A stretch of DNA of 64,000 bases, from NCBI GenBank assembly GCA_043798985.1, contig JAZDOE010000018.1, positions 8,057 to 72,056 of the forward strand, written 5' to 3'. The first letter of the stretch is position 1. The number at the start of each line of letters is the position of its first letter. Both the position numbers and the translations under genes were made by a program. Positions 39,364 through 49,397 of this stretch are shown piece after piece. This DNA is from Candidatus Falkowbacteria bacterium (GTDB lineage: Bacteria > Patescibacteriota > Patescibacteriia > UBA11705 > JACRDX01). The notes under the pieces were generated by a model that made no database searches, was not told the origin of the DNA, and saw only the letters and a list, made by a program, of their open reading frames with translations.

Positions 39364-40830
39364 ATGGCTGAAAAAATAAAAGCTATTTTGAAAGATGAAC
39401 GGAAAGTAAGCAAAGCGCTATTTATCGCGATTTTAGTTTTCGCGATGGTCGTGATTTTTGACTTGCCTGCGCTTTTTACTGCATATGCTACTCAAAATTC
39501 TGAAAATGGCTGGGGGTATGGAAGTCCTGTCGGATATGCTTGGGGTTATGGTTACTGGTCTGAGGTAACCCCAACGTTGGCGCTAACCTATAATAGCTGC
39601 GCGGCAGATTGTCAAATTGCGAGAAACACGGCAATTACTATTACTGCGACATTCAGTTCTTCTCCTGCAACGCAACCAGACATCAGCATAGATCTTCCTG
39701 GCACAACTTATGACACCGCATATACTGCTATGAGCGGAAGTGGGGCGGTAAGAACGTATAGCTATACAACGGCGAGTGTTTCCGCGACTTCCACGGCTAC
39801 CGTAAGCATACAGACCGCTGGTGGTGCGGCGCACACCCCGACCCCATCAAACAGCACGCTTAGCATCACTGTTCCCGGAGGTGAAAGTGGCGGCGCGACA
39901 GTGACAGATACAACTGCCCCAACGATTAGCAGTGTTGTAGCAACGCCAAAAGCAACAGAAGCGACGATTACATGGACGACAAACGAAGCTTCTGTGACTT
40001 GGATTGATTACGGAACAACAACCACTTATGGTAAACAGACGCTTACAAGCGCTTTTGTCACTGCTCACTCTGTCACTTTGACTGGCTTGACCGCAGGGAC
40101 AACGTATCACTACAAATTAAGTGCGAAAGATGTTTCTTCAAACTTAAATGTTGGCAGTGATGCTACGTTCAAAACTTTGACGGTCGCGGAAGAAGTGAAG
40201 AAGGCAGAAGATGCTAAGAAAGCGGAGGAAGCCAAAAAAGCAGAAGTGGTAAAAGAAGAAGTAAAGAAAGAAGAAACAAAAGCTATTACCCCGGTGACGA
40301 CCGTTGTTGAACCACAAAAGCCAGCAAAGCAAGATGTTGCTAAAGAAAAAGATGGCTTAATCTTTTATATCAAGACCACAAAAGCATTGCCTACAAAGAG
40401 CGCTGACTGGAAAGTCGTACACTTTGTCGCGTATGGCACTAGCAATACTGTAAAATTGGCTGCCGCGGAAAGAAAAGACATGCTGACTGATTACAAAGCG
40501 ATTTATGGCAAAGTGCCAGCAACTACTGGCGATTGGTCAAATGTTGATTCAATGGCAACGGGCGTAAAACCAGCGACAAGATCTTTGGTAGCTGAAAAAG
40601 CAGCGTTTAAAGATTTTATAAAGGTCTATAAACGTGTACCAAACTTCAAGGTTGCGGGTGATAATATGGGCTTGCAGTATATCGCGTATAAGTTGCGACC
40701 AGCGGTGAAAGATGCGGCAAAAGAAAAAGCTGCGACAGCAACGTTTAAGGCAATTTACAAAGTTACGCCAAAGACTTCTGCGCAAATGGCAGTTGTTAGA
40801 GCGATTGCTTACTCTGGAGCAAAACGATAA
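39364..40830 (+). CDS. Secreted surface protein (GYG motif, Thr/Ser-rich Ig/FN3-like domains, charged linker, C-terminal repeats)
   Basis: Signal/TM segment; GWGYG..GYAWGYGY; ITWTTNE...YG...H.V.L.GL..GTTYHY; repeated F/Y..IY...P units. Confidence 0.75.
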   Translation: MAEKIKAILKDERKVSKALFIAILVFAMVVIFDLPALFTAYATQNSENGWGYGSPVGYAWGYGYWSEVTPTLALTYNSCAADCQIARNTAITITATFSSSPATQPDISIDLPGTTYDTAYTAMSGSGAVRTYSYTTASVSATSTATVSIQTAGGAAHTPTPSNSTLSITVPGGESGGATVTDTTAPTISSVVATPKATEATITWTTNEASVTWIDYGTTTTYGKQTLTSAFVTAHSVTLTGLTAGTTYHYKLSAKDVSSNLNVGSDATFKTLTVAEEVKKAEDAKKAEEAKKAEVVKEEVKKEETKAITPVTTVVEPQKPAKQDVAKEKDGLIFYIKTTKALPTKSADWKVVHFVAYGTSNTVKLAAAERKDMLTDYKAIYGKVPATTGDWSNVDSMATGVKPATRSLVAEKAAFKDFIKVYKRVPNFKVAGDNMGLQYIAYKLRPAVKDAAKEKAATATFKAIYKVTPKTSAQMAVVRAIAYSGAKR

Positions 40831-40837
40831 GAAATTC

Positions 40838-40873
40838 AAAAACAGTCCTGATGTAATGTCAGGGCTGTTTTTT
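40838..40873 (+). terminator. Intrinsic terminator
   Basis: aacagtcctga-tgtaatg-tcagggctgtt followed by a T run. Confidence 0.8.
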
Positions 40874-40907
40874 GTTAATCAATTTGGTATAATTATTACA
40901 ATGAAGC

Positions 40908-41960
40908 ATGCGTATGGACACTGCGATTTTTGATTATAATTTGCCTAAAAATTTAATCGCGCAACAGCCGGCCAAACAACGAGATCGTTCGCAGCTTTTT
41001 ATTTATAATCGCGCAAACGACGAAATTGAACACAAAAAGTTTTTTGAGCTGATTGATTATTTAAAAAAGGGCGATATATTAGTTTTAAATAACACAAAAG
41101 TATTGCCAGCGCGTCTTTTTGGCAAAAAAGAGCAGACTGGTGGCAATGTTGAGGTTTTGTTGCTTAGACAACTTACGGCCAGGATTTGGGAATGCTTATT
41201 GCGTGTTCGTGGAAATAAAAAAAATACATTTTTGGTTTTTCCAAAAAATTTATCCGCGCAGATTTTAAAACCGCACACGAATGAAACATGGCAAGTTCAG
41301 TTTGATCTGCCGGAAAATGATTTTAAATTGTATTTGCAGAAATATGGCGCAATGCCTTTGCCGCCGTACATTAAATCAAATTCCCCCGAAGGGGCCCCTT
41401 CGGGGCAGGCATCAATTTTGAAAAAACAGTACCAGACGATTTTTGCCAAATATGATGGTTCAGCTGCGGCTCCAACAGCCGGATTGCACTTTACCAAAGA
41501 ACTTTTGTCTAAAATTCGACAAAAAGGTGTGGCAATAAAATATATCACCCTGCACGTTGGCTTAGGCACGTTTGCGCCGGTTCGCGAGCAAACGATTGAA
41601 CAGCACAAAATGCACTCGGAAGTTTATAAAATGAGCCAGCCAACATATAAAACTCTTCTTGCCGCAAAAAAACAAGGCCAGCGAATAATTGCGGTCGGCA
41701 CCACAGTCGTTAGGACGCTGGAAACGGTTTTTAATGCCAGCCGACCGCGATTATCCGGCGAAACTGACATTTTTATTTATCCGGGCTATGACTTTAAAAT
41801 GGTTGACGCGATGATAACGAATTTTCATTTGCCAAAATCAACGCTACTAATGTTGCTCGCGGCATTTGTGGGCAGAGAAAAATTAATGGAACTTTATAAA
41901 ATCGCGATAGAAAAACAATATAGATTTTACAGTTTTGGAGATGCGATGTTCATTGAGTAA
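40908..41960 (+). CDS. queA: S-adenosylmethionine:tRNA ribosyltransferase-isomerase
   Basis: FDYNLP..LIAQ, NNTKV, LPPYI, AAPTAGLHF, LHVGLGTF, TNFHLPKSTL, YRFYSFGDAM. Confidence 0.95.
   Translation: MRMDTAIFDYNLPKNLIAQQPAKQRDRSQLFIYNRANDEIEHKKFFELIDYLKKGDILVLNNTKVLPARLFGKKEQTGGNVEVLLLRQLTARIWECLLRVRGNKKNTFLVFPKNLSAQILKPHTNETWQVQFDLPENDFKLYLQKYGAMPLPPYIKSNSPEGAPSGQASILKKQYQTIFAKYDGSAAAPTAGLHFTKELLSKIRQKGVAIKYITLHVGLGTFAPVREQTIEQHKMHSEVYKMSQPTYKTLLAAKKQGQRIIAVGTTVVRTLETVFNASRPRLSGETDIFIYPGYDFKMVDAMITNFHLPKSTLLMLLAAFVGREKLMELYKIAIEKQYRFYSFGDAMFIE
41384..41405. repeat. Perfect 22-bp palindrome in frame in queA
   Basis: ccccgaagggg|ccccttcgggg. Confidence 0.9.
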
Positions 41961-42081
41961 ATTCTAAGCACGAATCTCGAAATTCTAAACAAGCACGAAA
42001 TTCGAATTTCCCAATATTTGAAACATTCTGATTTCGGGCTTCTGATTTGTTTCGAATTTAGGATTTCGGATTTCAAATTTT
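41959..42081. repeat. Intergenic degenerate heptamer array with inverted halves
   Basis: CGAAATT-like units followed by ATTTCG-like units; aligns by eye with 59096-59201. Confidence 0.75.
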
Positions 42082-42089
42082 AGCAGTTT

Positions 42090-42587
42090 ATGCGTTATTC
42101 CAATAAACAACAACTTGAACAAAAGTATAAAGAAAAGTTGGAAACAGCGAAATTGGATGATCGCGAAATGTTTGAATTAAAAAAGGACATGGAAGAATAT
42201 AAACAAGATAAAATCAAAAAAGCGGGAAAGCGCGGCCGCAAGAACGCTATTAGATTTTATTGCGGAGCAATATTTTTGGTGATATTTCTTGCGGCCGTTG
42301 GTTTAATTTTTTATTTTTATCTGCAAATCAAAGACAATTTGGCCGAAGAATTTTTAAAACAAAAAGAGGCTTTGCCTCAAAATGTTGAGCAGCTGCAAAA
42401 TACGATTACTGACGCGCAAGAAAAAATAAACGCGGCATACGCAACTTATCAAGAAGCGAAAAAGACCTACGAAGAATTGAAAGCAATAAAAAATGCCAGC
42501 GTGGAAAAAATAAATCAAGCAAAAGCGCTTATGGATCAAGCAAGCGTGGCGCTTGAGAATGTCAAATTGCAAATGTCAAATCAATAA
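42090..42587 (+). CDS. Single-TM coiled-coil hypothetical protein
   Basis: One TM and a long heptad region; the C-terminus runs into a heptamer array. Confidence 0.7.
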   Translation: MRYSNKQQLEQKYKEKLETAKLDDREMFELKKDMEEYKQDKIKKAGKRGRKNAIRFYCGAIFLVIFLAAVGLIFYFYLQIKDNLAEEFLKQKEALPQNVEQLQNTITDAQEKINAAYATYQEAKKTYEELKAIKNASVEKINQAKALMDQASVALENVKLQMSNQ

Positions 42588-42614
42588 CAAATTCCAAATG
42601 TCAAAATCAAAATT
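42557..42614 (+). repeat. CAAATGT-type heptamer array
   Basis: aatgtcaaattgcaaatgtcaaat...caaattccaaatgtcaaaatcaaaat. Confidence 0.75.
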
Positions 42615-42615
42615 T

Positions 42616-43254
42616 ATGTTATATATAGTCGCAACGCCAATCGGAAATTTAAAGGACATTACTTTGCGCGCGGTGGAAGTTTTAAAGAGCGTTGACATTG
42701 TTTTTTGCGAAGATACGCGGCAGACAAAAAAGCTACTGGATCATTATCAAATTGATAAGAAAATGATAAGCTTGCATCAGCATTCCAGCGACGAAAAAAT
42801 CGCAGGGTTACTGCGACAGTTTGAAAATATTGCCTATGTCACAGATGCTGGCACGCCCGGAATTTCTGATCCTGGCAATCGTTTGGTTGAAATCGCAATT
42901 CAACTTAATGTCGCGATTTGTCCGATTCCCGGACCATCAGCCGCAATAGCCGCTCTTTCTGTCGCAGGATTCGCGACTGACAAATTTTTGTTTCTGGGTT
43001 TTTTGCCAAAAAAAGGACAACAAAAAGTTTTTGAAAAAATAAAAAATTCCGACTGCGCGGTTTGTTTTTACGAATCACCGCACAGAATTCTTAAAACTCT
43101 CGGCGCGTTGGAAAAAGTGCTTGAACCAACCCGGCAAATGGTTATTTGCAGAGAATTAACGAAAAAATTTGAAACAATTTACCGAGGAACAGCCGAAGAA
43201 TTGTTAAAACAAGTTAAACCCAAAGGCGAATTTGTCATAATCATTGCACCATAA
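42616..43254 (+). CDS. rsmI: 16S rRNA (cytidine1402-2'-O)-methyltransferase
   Basis: LYIVATPIGNL.DIT.RA, EDTR, DAGTPGISDPG, YESPHR, RELTK. Confidence 0.95.
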   Translation: MLYIVATPIGNLKDITLRAVEVLKSVDIVFCEDTRQTKKLLDHYQIDKKMISLHQHSSDEKIAGLLRQFENIAYVTDAGTPGISDPGNRLVEIAIQLNVAICPIPGPSAAIAALSVAGFATDKFLFLGFLPKKGQQKVFEKIKNSDCAVCFYESPHRILKTLGALEKVLEPTRQMVICRELTKKFETIYRGTAEELLKQVKPKGEFVIIIAP

Positions 43255-43265
43255 TAATTTTTGCT

Positions 43266-44741
43266 ATGAAAAAATTCTATATCACAACTACTTTGCCGTA
43301 CGTTAACGCTGATCCGCACATTGGTTTTGCTTTGGAAATTGTGCAAGCTGACGCTATTGCCAGATACCAACGTCTGCTTGGTAAGGAAGTAATTTTTAAT
43401 ACAGGCACAGATGAACATGGCTTGAAAATTTATCGCAAGGCATTGGAAAACAAAGAGGAACCACAGCAATATTGCAATAGATACGCGGCAAAATTTGACG
43501 CGTTGAAACAGGCGTTGAATTTGAGCTACACCAATTTTATCCGCACCACAGACACACACCACATGGCCGCGGCACAGGAATTTTGGCGGCGGTGTTTAAA
43601 AAACGATGATATTTATAAAAAAAATTACAAAATCAAATATTGCGTCGGATGTGAATTGGAAAAAACCGATTCAGAATTAGTTGATGCTAAATGTCCTTTG
43701 CATCCGAATTTAGAATTAGAAGTAATTGAAGAAGAAAATTATTTTTTTAAATTTTCTAAATTTCAAAAATCATTATTAAAATTTTACGAGAAAAATTCCA
43801 GTTTTGTCATTCCAACCAACCGTTTACAAGAAATTAAAAATTTTGTGGAAAGGGGATTGAAGGACTTCAGTATTTCTCGCTTGAAAATAAAAATGCCTTG
43901 GGGCGTGTCAGTGCCGAACGATGAAGAGCAAGTGATGTATGTGTGGTTTGACGCGTTGATCAACTATATTTCTACGCTTGGCTGGCCCAATGATGAGAAA
44001 AATTTCAAAAAGTTTTGGCCGGGCGTGCAAGTGGCTGGTAAAGACAATCTGCGCCAACAGAGCGCCATGTGGCAGGCGATGTTGATGTCTGCTGGATTGC
44101 CAAATTCTGAACAGATTTTTATACATGGTTTTATTACTTCGGACGGACAAAAGATGAGTAAGTCTCTCGGAAATGTAGTTGATCCGTTTGAAATTGTGAA
44201 AAAATATGGAACAGATGCCACGCGCTATTTTTTGCTTGGTGGCTTGCCATCTTATGATGACGGCGATTTTACCATTGCCAGGTTTGAAGAATTTTACACT
44301 GCCAATCTTGTCAATGGCATAGGAAACCTCACTTCCCGCATTTTGACAATGTTGGAAAAATATTCTGATAACAAAATTCCAGCCAAAGCAAAAGGGCTTT
44401 TGGATATTGATAGTTTTTGGCAAAGCTATGATGTCGCGTTTCGCAATTTTGAATTTGATAGCTTAATTGAAATCATCAACAATTTAGTGGCCAAATGCGA
44501 TAGTACTATTTCTGAACAAAAACCATGGGAAAAAGCCAAAAAAGGCGAGAACGTTTCTGTTCTGCTTTATCAATTGGCGGAAACTTTGCGCCATCTCGCT
44601 GTCGCGTCGCTTCCAATTATTCCAGAATCAGCCGAAAAAATACTGCAACAACTTAACACAGAAGACAAAACGCATTCTTGGGGGAAATTGAGCAAAGGCA
44701 ATGTCATCAAAAAGAGCGAGATATTGTTTCCCAGATTATAA
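43266..44741 (+). CDS. metG: Methionine--tRNA ligase
   Basis: YVNADPHIG, GTDEHG, YVWFDAL, KMSKS. Confidence 0.96.
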   Translation: MKKFYITTTLPYVNADPHIGFALEIVQADAIARYQRLLGKEVIFNTGTDEHGLKIYRKALENKEEPQQYCNRYAAKFDALKQALNLSYTNFIRTTDTHHMAAAQEFWRRCLKNDDIYKKNYKIKYCVGCELEKTDSELVDAKCPLHPNLELEVIEEENYFFKFSKFQKSLLKFYEKNSSFVIPTNRLQEIKNFVERGLKDFSISRLKIKMPWGVSVPNDEEQVMYVWFDALINYISTLGWPNDEKNFKKFWPGVQVAGKDNLRQQSAMWQAMLMSAGLPNSEQIFIHGFITSDGQKMSKSLGNVVDPFEIVKKYGTDATRYFLLGGLPSYDDGDFTIARFEEFYTANLVNGIGNLTSRILTMLEKYSDNKIPAKAKGLLDIDSFWQSYDVAFRNFEFDSLIEIINNLVAKCDSTISEQKPWEKAKKGENVSVLLYQLAETLRHLAVASLPIIPESAEKILQQLNTEDKTHSWGKLSKGNVIKKSEILFPRL

Positions 44742-44748
44742 AGCACGT

Positions 44749-44801
44749 AAATTTTGACATTTGGATTTAATTTGACATTTTAATTTTGATATTTGAAATT
44801 T
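44749..44801 (+). repeat. TTTGACA-type heptamer array
   Basis: ttttgacatttggatttaatttgacattttaattttgatatttgaaattt. Confidence 0.75.
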
Positions 44802-44809
44802 ACAAACGT

Positions 44810-45313
44810 ATGTTGCTATTTGACTACATTTTGCTCGGTGCATTGTTACTTTTCGTGTTTTACGGTTTTCGCGCCGGCTTTATACAAAGTGTCGGCGCGC
44901 TAATCGGCTTGGTCGTTGGTTCAGTTTTTGCCAGCCGTTATTTTGAGGCAATCGGCAATATTCTCGGCGGCTCAAATTTGATGAAAATGCTGGCGTTTTT
45001 CATCTTGTTCGGGTTGATCACAAAACTGATTGGTTTTGTTTTCAAAATAGTCGGTAAAATTTTCAAAATTATTACAGTTTTACCGCTTTTGGCACAGTTG
45101 GACAAATTGTTGGGCGCGATTTTCGGGGCCGCCGAAGGTATTTTATTTTTGGCGATCATGTTATTTTTCTTGTCAAAATTCCCAATCAGCGCGTGGCTTA
45201 CGAATTCAATGGGCGCTTCAATTATCACGGCAACATTATTAAAAATCTCCGCGATATTCATGCCGCTATTTCCAGTCGCGATCAAACAAATAGAAACATT
45301 AATCAAAAAATGA
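44810..45313 (+). CDS. CvpA family membrane protein
   Basis: D.I...GF..GF, LDKLLGAIFGAAEG. Confidence 0.85.
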   Translation: MLLFDYILLGALLLFVFYGFRAGFIQSVGALIGLVVGSVFASRYFEAIGNILGGSNLMKMLAFFILFGLITKLIGFVFKIVGKIFKIITVLPLLAQLDKLLGAIFGAAEGILFLAIMLFFLSKFPISAWLTNSMGASIITATLLKISAIFMPLFPVAIKQIETLIKK

Positions 45314-45314
45314 A

Positions 45315-46148
45315 ATGATTGACACGCACGCGCATGTAAATTTCAATGCGTTCAAAAAAGATTCAGATGAAGTTATAAAAAGGGCATTATTAAACAACGT
45401 CACGATTATTAATGTTGGCGCACAATTTACAACAAGCACTCGCGCAGTTGTTTTTGCGGACGACTATGCTAATTGTTTTGCCGCGGTTGGTTTGCATCCG
45501 ATTCATTTGCAAGACATGACAATTGAAGAAGAGGGCGTAAGTTTTACAACTAGAAAAGAAAATTTTTCATACGAAGATTATAAAAAAATGGCGAGTCAAC
45601 CCAAAGTTGTGGCAATTGGCGAAACTGGTTTAGATTATTGGCATTTGAACGATCAAGAGCCGTTGGAAATCGCGATTGAAAGACAAAAAAAAGTGTTTCA
45701 CGAACATATTAAATTGGCAAATGAATTAAACCTGCCAGTAATCGTTCACTGTCGGGGGGCAAATGGCAACATGGATCCAGCTTATGTTGAAGTTTTGGAA
45801 GAATTAACAAAACAACCGCCAAAAAACGGGGGAGTAATGCATTGTTATGGCGGACCAATTGATTTGGTTGAGAAATTTACAAAACTTGGACTTTATATTA
45901 GTTTCAATGGAATTCTAACTTTTGATAAAACCGGAAAACTTGCGGAAATTTTAGCCGCAACGCCAGACAATAGAATTTTAGTTGAAACAGATTGTCCATA
46001 TTTGACGCCAGAACCGTATCGTAGCAAGCGCAATGAACCTGCGTTTGTTGAATTGGTCGTGCAAAAAATCGCCGCGATAAAAGGTGTGCCGTTTGATGAA
46101 GCTGACAAACTGACAACAACTAACGCGAAACGACTATTTGCAATATAA
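45315..46148 (+). CDS. tatD: TatD family hydrolase
   Basis: IDTHAH, GLHP, IGETGLDY, HCR, HCY, ETDCPYL. Confidence 0.93.
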   Translation: MIDTHAHVNFNAFKKDSDEVIKRALLNNVTIINVGAQFTTSTRAVVFADDYANCFAAVGLHPIHLQDMTIEEEGVSFTTRKENFSYEDYKKMASQPKVVAIGETGLDYWHLNDQEPLEIAIERQKKVFHEHIKLANELNLPVIVHCRGANGNMDPAYVEVLEELTKQPPKNGGVMHCYGGPIDLVEKFTKLGLYISFNGILTFDKTGKLAEILAATPDNRILVETDCPYLTPEPYRSKRNEPAFVELVVQKIAAIKGVPFDEADKLTTTNAKRLFAI

Positions 46149-46151
46149 AAA

Positions 46152-47906
46152 ATGCCAATTTACTCGCCAAAACCATTCGTTTCTACCTATGAAAATAAAC
46201 GGGCGCTAATTCTGCTTATTTTTTTTATTATTTTTGCGGTGGCAATTATCATCAGACTTTTTGATTTACAAATAATCAAACACAATTATTTTGCCGCGCT
46301 CGCTGAAGACCAGCACGAGATTTTTAAAAAACTTGTGCCGGAGCGCGGCGAAATTTTTTGTCATAATAGCGCGAGCGACCCATTTGCCATTTATCCTTTG
46401 GCAATAAATCGCGATGTTTATTTGGTTTACGCTGTTCCGACTTTGATTACAAACGCGGAACAAACTTTAAAAAAGCTTGAATCAGTTTTATTGCTGGCAA
46501 ACGTTTCGCGCGAACAATTATTAGCGCGACTGAACAAGCAAAATGATCCGTATGAACCGATTTTAAAACGCGTTGAAGAAGAACAAATCAAACAATTGGA
46601 AGAACTCAACATTGCTGGCATAAAATGGCTTAAAGAAAAAGGCAGATTTTATCCGGAAAACAATTTGGCTTCGCACATTCTTGGTTTTGTGAACCAAGCG
46701 GACAATCAGGAAACCGGCGCGTATGGGCTTGAAGCATATTACAACAAAGAACTCACCGGCGTGCCCGGATTTTTGCGCGGCGAAGTTGGCAACCTTGGCA
46801 ATTTTATCGCGCTTGGCCAGCAAGACGTGGTGCCAGCTGAAAATGGCGCGGACGTTATTTTAACAATAGACAAAAACATTGAATTTTTCAGTTGCAAAGA
46901 ATTGGCAATAGCGGTGAGAGAATTTGAAGCTGACAATGGCTCTTTGATTGTGATGGAGCCGCAGACCGGAAAAATTTTGGCAATGTGCAATGCGCCTGAT
47001 TTTAATCCAAACAAATACAATGAAGTTGAAAGCGTTAAAGATTTCACAAATTCAGCCATAAGCGTCGCGTACGAGCCGGGTTCTATTTTTAAGCCTGTGA
47101 CGATGTCAGCGGCAATAGAAGAAAAAGCCGTCACGCCTGAAACAACATATCAGGATCCCGGGCAAATCAAAATTTCTGATTTTACAATTTACAATTATGA
47201 CAAAAAATCTCACGGCACGCGCACAATGACGCAGGTGCTTGAAGAATCGCTGAATACTGGCGTTGTTTTTGCCGGTCGTAAAATTGGAATTGAAAAATTT
47301 ACAGAATATGTAAAAAAATTCGGCATGGGCGCAAAAACAAAAATTGACATGTTCAATGAAGCTGTTGGCAATATTGCGTCCTTAAACAAAAAACATGAGC
47401 TTTACATGGCAACAGCGTCGTTTGGACAGGGGATTATGACAACGCCTTTGCAAATGGTTTCCGCCTACTCGGCAATTGTGAACAACGGCAAATTGATGCG
47501 GCCATATATTGTTGAAGAATTGCGCTTTGACAATAAACCAGCGCAGATTACACAGCCGCAGGTCGTCAGACAGGTGATTTCGCCTGAAACAGCGAAAAAA
47601 GTCGCGGCAATGCTGGTTTCTGTTGTAAACAATGGCCACGCGAAAAACGCCAAGATTCCCGGCTACCTTGTCGGCGGAAAAACAGGCACAGCTCAAATTG
47701 CTGATCCAAATTCTGGAAAATATAGCGAAAATGTCACGCATTCTTTTGTGGAGTTTGCGCCGTTCAACAACCCTAAGTTTGTATTAATTGTAAAATTGGA
47801 AAACGTTAAAAAAGTAAAATACGCGGAAAGTTCAGCTTTGCCAACGGCAACAAAAATCGCGAAATTCATTTTGGATTATTACGCGGTTGAGCCGGAAGTG
47901 AAATAA
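46152..47906 (+). CDS. Class B penicillin-binding protein (FtsI/PBP2-like)
   Basis: N-terminal TM, RGEI, EPGSIFK, SLN, KTGTAQ. Confidence 0.92.
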   Translation: MPIYSPKPFVSTYENKRALILLIFFIIFAVAIIIRLFDLQIIKHNYFAALAEDQHEIFKKLVPERGEIFCHNSASDPFAIYPLAINRDVYLVYAVPTLITNAEQTLKKLESVLLLANVSREQLLARLNKQNDPYEPILKRVEEEQIKQLEELNIAGIKWLKEKGRFYPENNLASHILGFVNQADNQETGAYGLEAYYNKELTGVPGFLRGEVGNLGNFIALGQQDVVPAENGADVILTIDKNIEFFSCKELAIAVREFEADNGSLIVMEPQTGKILAMCNAPDFNPNKYNEVESVKDFTNSAISVAYEPGSIFKPVTMSAAIEEKAVTPETTYQDPGQIKISDFTIYNYDKKSHGTRTMTQVLEESLNTGVVFAGRKIGIEKFTEYVKKFGMGAKTKIDMFNEAVGNIASLNKKHELYMATASFGQGIMTTPLQMVSAYSAIVNNGKLMRPYIVEELRFDNKPAQITQPQVVRQVISPETAKKVAAMLVSVVNNGHAKNAKIPGYLVGGKTGTAQIADPNSGKYSENVTHSFVEFAPFNNPKFVLIVKLENVKKVKYAESSALPTATKIAKFILDYYAVEPEVK

Positions 47907-47992
47907 ATTTCAAATATCAAATTACAAATGTCAAAGTTTGGAATTTGATATTTGACATTGATTTGATATTTGACATTTGAGCTTTGAAATTA
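47905..47992. repeat. Heptamer array with inverted halves (CAAAT.. then ..ATTTG)
   Basis: aaatttcaaatatcaaattacaaatgtcaaa / tttggaatttgatatttgacatt...tttgatatttgacatttgagctttgaaatt. Confidence 0.8.
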
Positions 47993-48012
47993 ATTGTGCT
48001 ATATTTGATGGC

Positions 48013-49308
48013 ATGAAAAAAATCCTGTGTTTGATTCTACGATTTTTCGCGAAGTGCGTTATTCATAAATACGCGCCGGTTGTTATTGGCATTACAGGCA
48101 GTGTTGGTAAAACTTCAACAAAAGAGGCGATTTTTACTGTTTTGCGAAAAAAATGTCCCAACCTTAGACAAAATATAAAAAATTATAACAATGAAATCGG
48201 CTTGCCGCTTACGATCATTGGCGCTGACACCGGCAATGCAAATCCAATCGCGTGGCTAAGGGTTTTTGCTAAGGCAATCGGGTTGTTGTTAAAATTTGAC
48301 GTGAATTATCCGACAATTTTAATTTTGGAAATGGGAGCTGATAAACCAAATGACATTGAATATTTAATAAAGATCGCGCCGTGCCAAATCGGGGTGTTAA
48401 CAAAAATCGGCACGGCGCACATTGAGTTTTTTGGTTCAATTGAAAAAATCGCTGAAGAAAAACAAAAAATAATTTCTCATTTGGATTCAAGCGGTTTTGC
48501 AATTGTAAATTTTGATGACGCGCGCGCACAAAAGGCATTGAAAAACACAAGCGCCCAAATAATCACTTTTGGAATCAACGAGGGCGCTGACGTGCGCGCG
48601 CTGGAATCAACAATGCAGAACTCTGCCTCATCGGCAGACAAGAACTGCAACTTGGGTTTAAGTTTCAAATTGAATTATAAAGGTTCAAGCGTTCCTGCTT
48701 TTTTGCCAAACATTATTGGCGCGCATCAAATTTACCCGGCGCTCGCCGCGACTGGCGTCGGGCTCGCGCTTGGAATGAACCTCATTGAAATTTCCGAAGC
48801 TTTGCGTAATTATTTGCCGCCAAAGGGTCGGATGAATTTGATAGAAGGAATCAACGATTCAACAATCATTGATGACACTTATAATTCGTCGCCAGAAGCC
48901 GCGATTTCGGCGATTGAAACTCTCGCGCAAATGAAGTTCAACGGAACTGGTCGCAAAATCGCCGCGCTTGGCGACATGTTGGAGCTTGGCGATTCAACTG
49001 AAAAAAGTCATTATGACATTGGCAAATTTTGCGCCGAACAAAAAATTGATGTTTTGATTTGTTCCGGAAAATTCGCGGAAATGACAAAACGCGGAGCAGT
49101 AGAGCATGGCCTGGAATTGGGTCAAGTGTTCGTTGTGGATAACTCTGTTGCTACTGGACAATTGCTAAAAAACATGATAAAAAATGATGACATTGTATTG
49201 ATAAAAGGTTCGCAAGGAAGCCGCATGGAAAAAGCTGTAAAGGCTGTCATGTTAGCACCGGAAAAAGCAGGAAAATTGCTGGTTCGGCAAGAATCAGGCT
49301 GGTTGTAA
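48013..49308 (+). CDS. murF: UDP-N-acetylmuramoyl-tripeptide--D-Ala-D-Ala ligase
   Basis: GITGSVGKTSTKE, NNEIGLP, LEMG, DDTYNSSP, GDMLELG, KGS. Confidence 0.94.
   Translation: MKKILCLILRFFAKCVIHKYAPVVIGITGSVGKTSTKEAIFTVLRKKCPNLRQNIKNYNNEIGLPLTIIGADTGNANPIAWLRVFAKAIGLLLKFDVNYPTILILEMGADKPNDIEYLIKIAPCQIGVLTKIGTAHIEFFGSIEKIAEEKQKIISHLDSSGFAIVNFDDARAQKALKNTSAQIITFGINEGADVRALESTMQNSASSADKNCNLGLSFKLNYKGSSVPAFLPNIIGAHQIYPALAATGVGLALGMNLIEISEALRNYLPPKGRMNLIEGINDSTIIDDTYNSSPEAAISAIETLAQMKFNGTGRKIAALGDMLELGDSTEKSHYDIGKFCAEQKIDVLICSGKFAEMTKRGAVEHGLELGQVFVVDNSVATGQLLKNMIKNDDIVLIKGSQGSRMEKAVKAVMLAPEKAGKLLVRQESGWL
48617..48646. repeat. In-frame hairpin insert with 6-bp direct repeat in murF
   Basis: agaact-ctgcctcatcggcagaca-agaact; 24-bp offset. 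Confidence 0.75.
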
Positions 49309-49319
49309 AAATTAAACGC

Positions 49320-49394
49320 GCCGGGTTCGTCTAGTGGTTAGGACATTAGGTTCTCAACCTAAGAACACGGGTTCGATTCCCGTACCCGGTACCA
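49320..49394 (+). tRNA. tRNA-Glu (CTC)
   Basis: Acceptor GCCGGGT/ACCCGGT, anticodon stem TTAGG/CCTAA with loop TT-CTC-AA, GGTTCGATTCC, CCA end. Confidence 0.95.
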
Positions 49395-49397
49395 AAT

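Noticed and set aside
41959-47992. Heptamer arrays as CRISPR arrays
   Set aside because: No constant 23-47 bp repeat with unique spacers, and no cas genes in the window.
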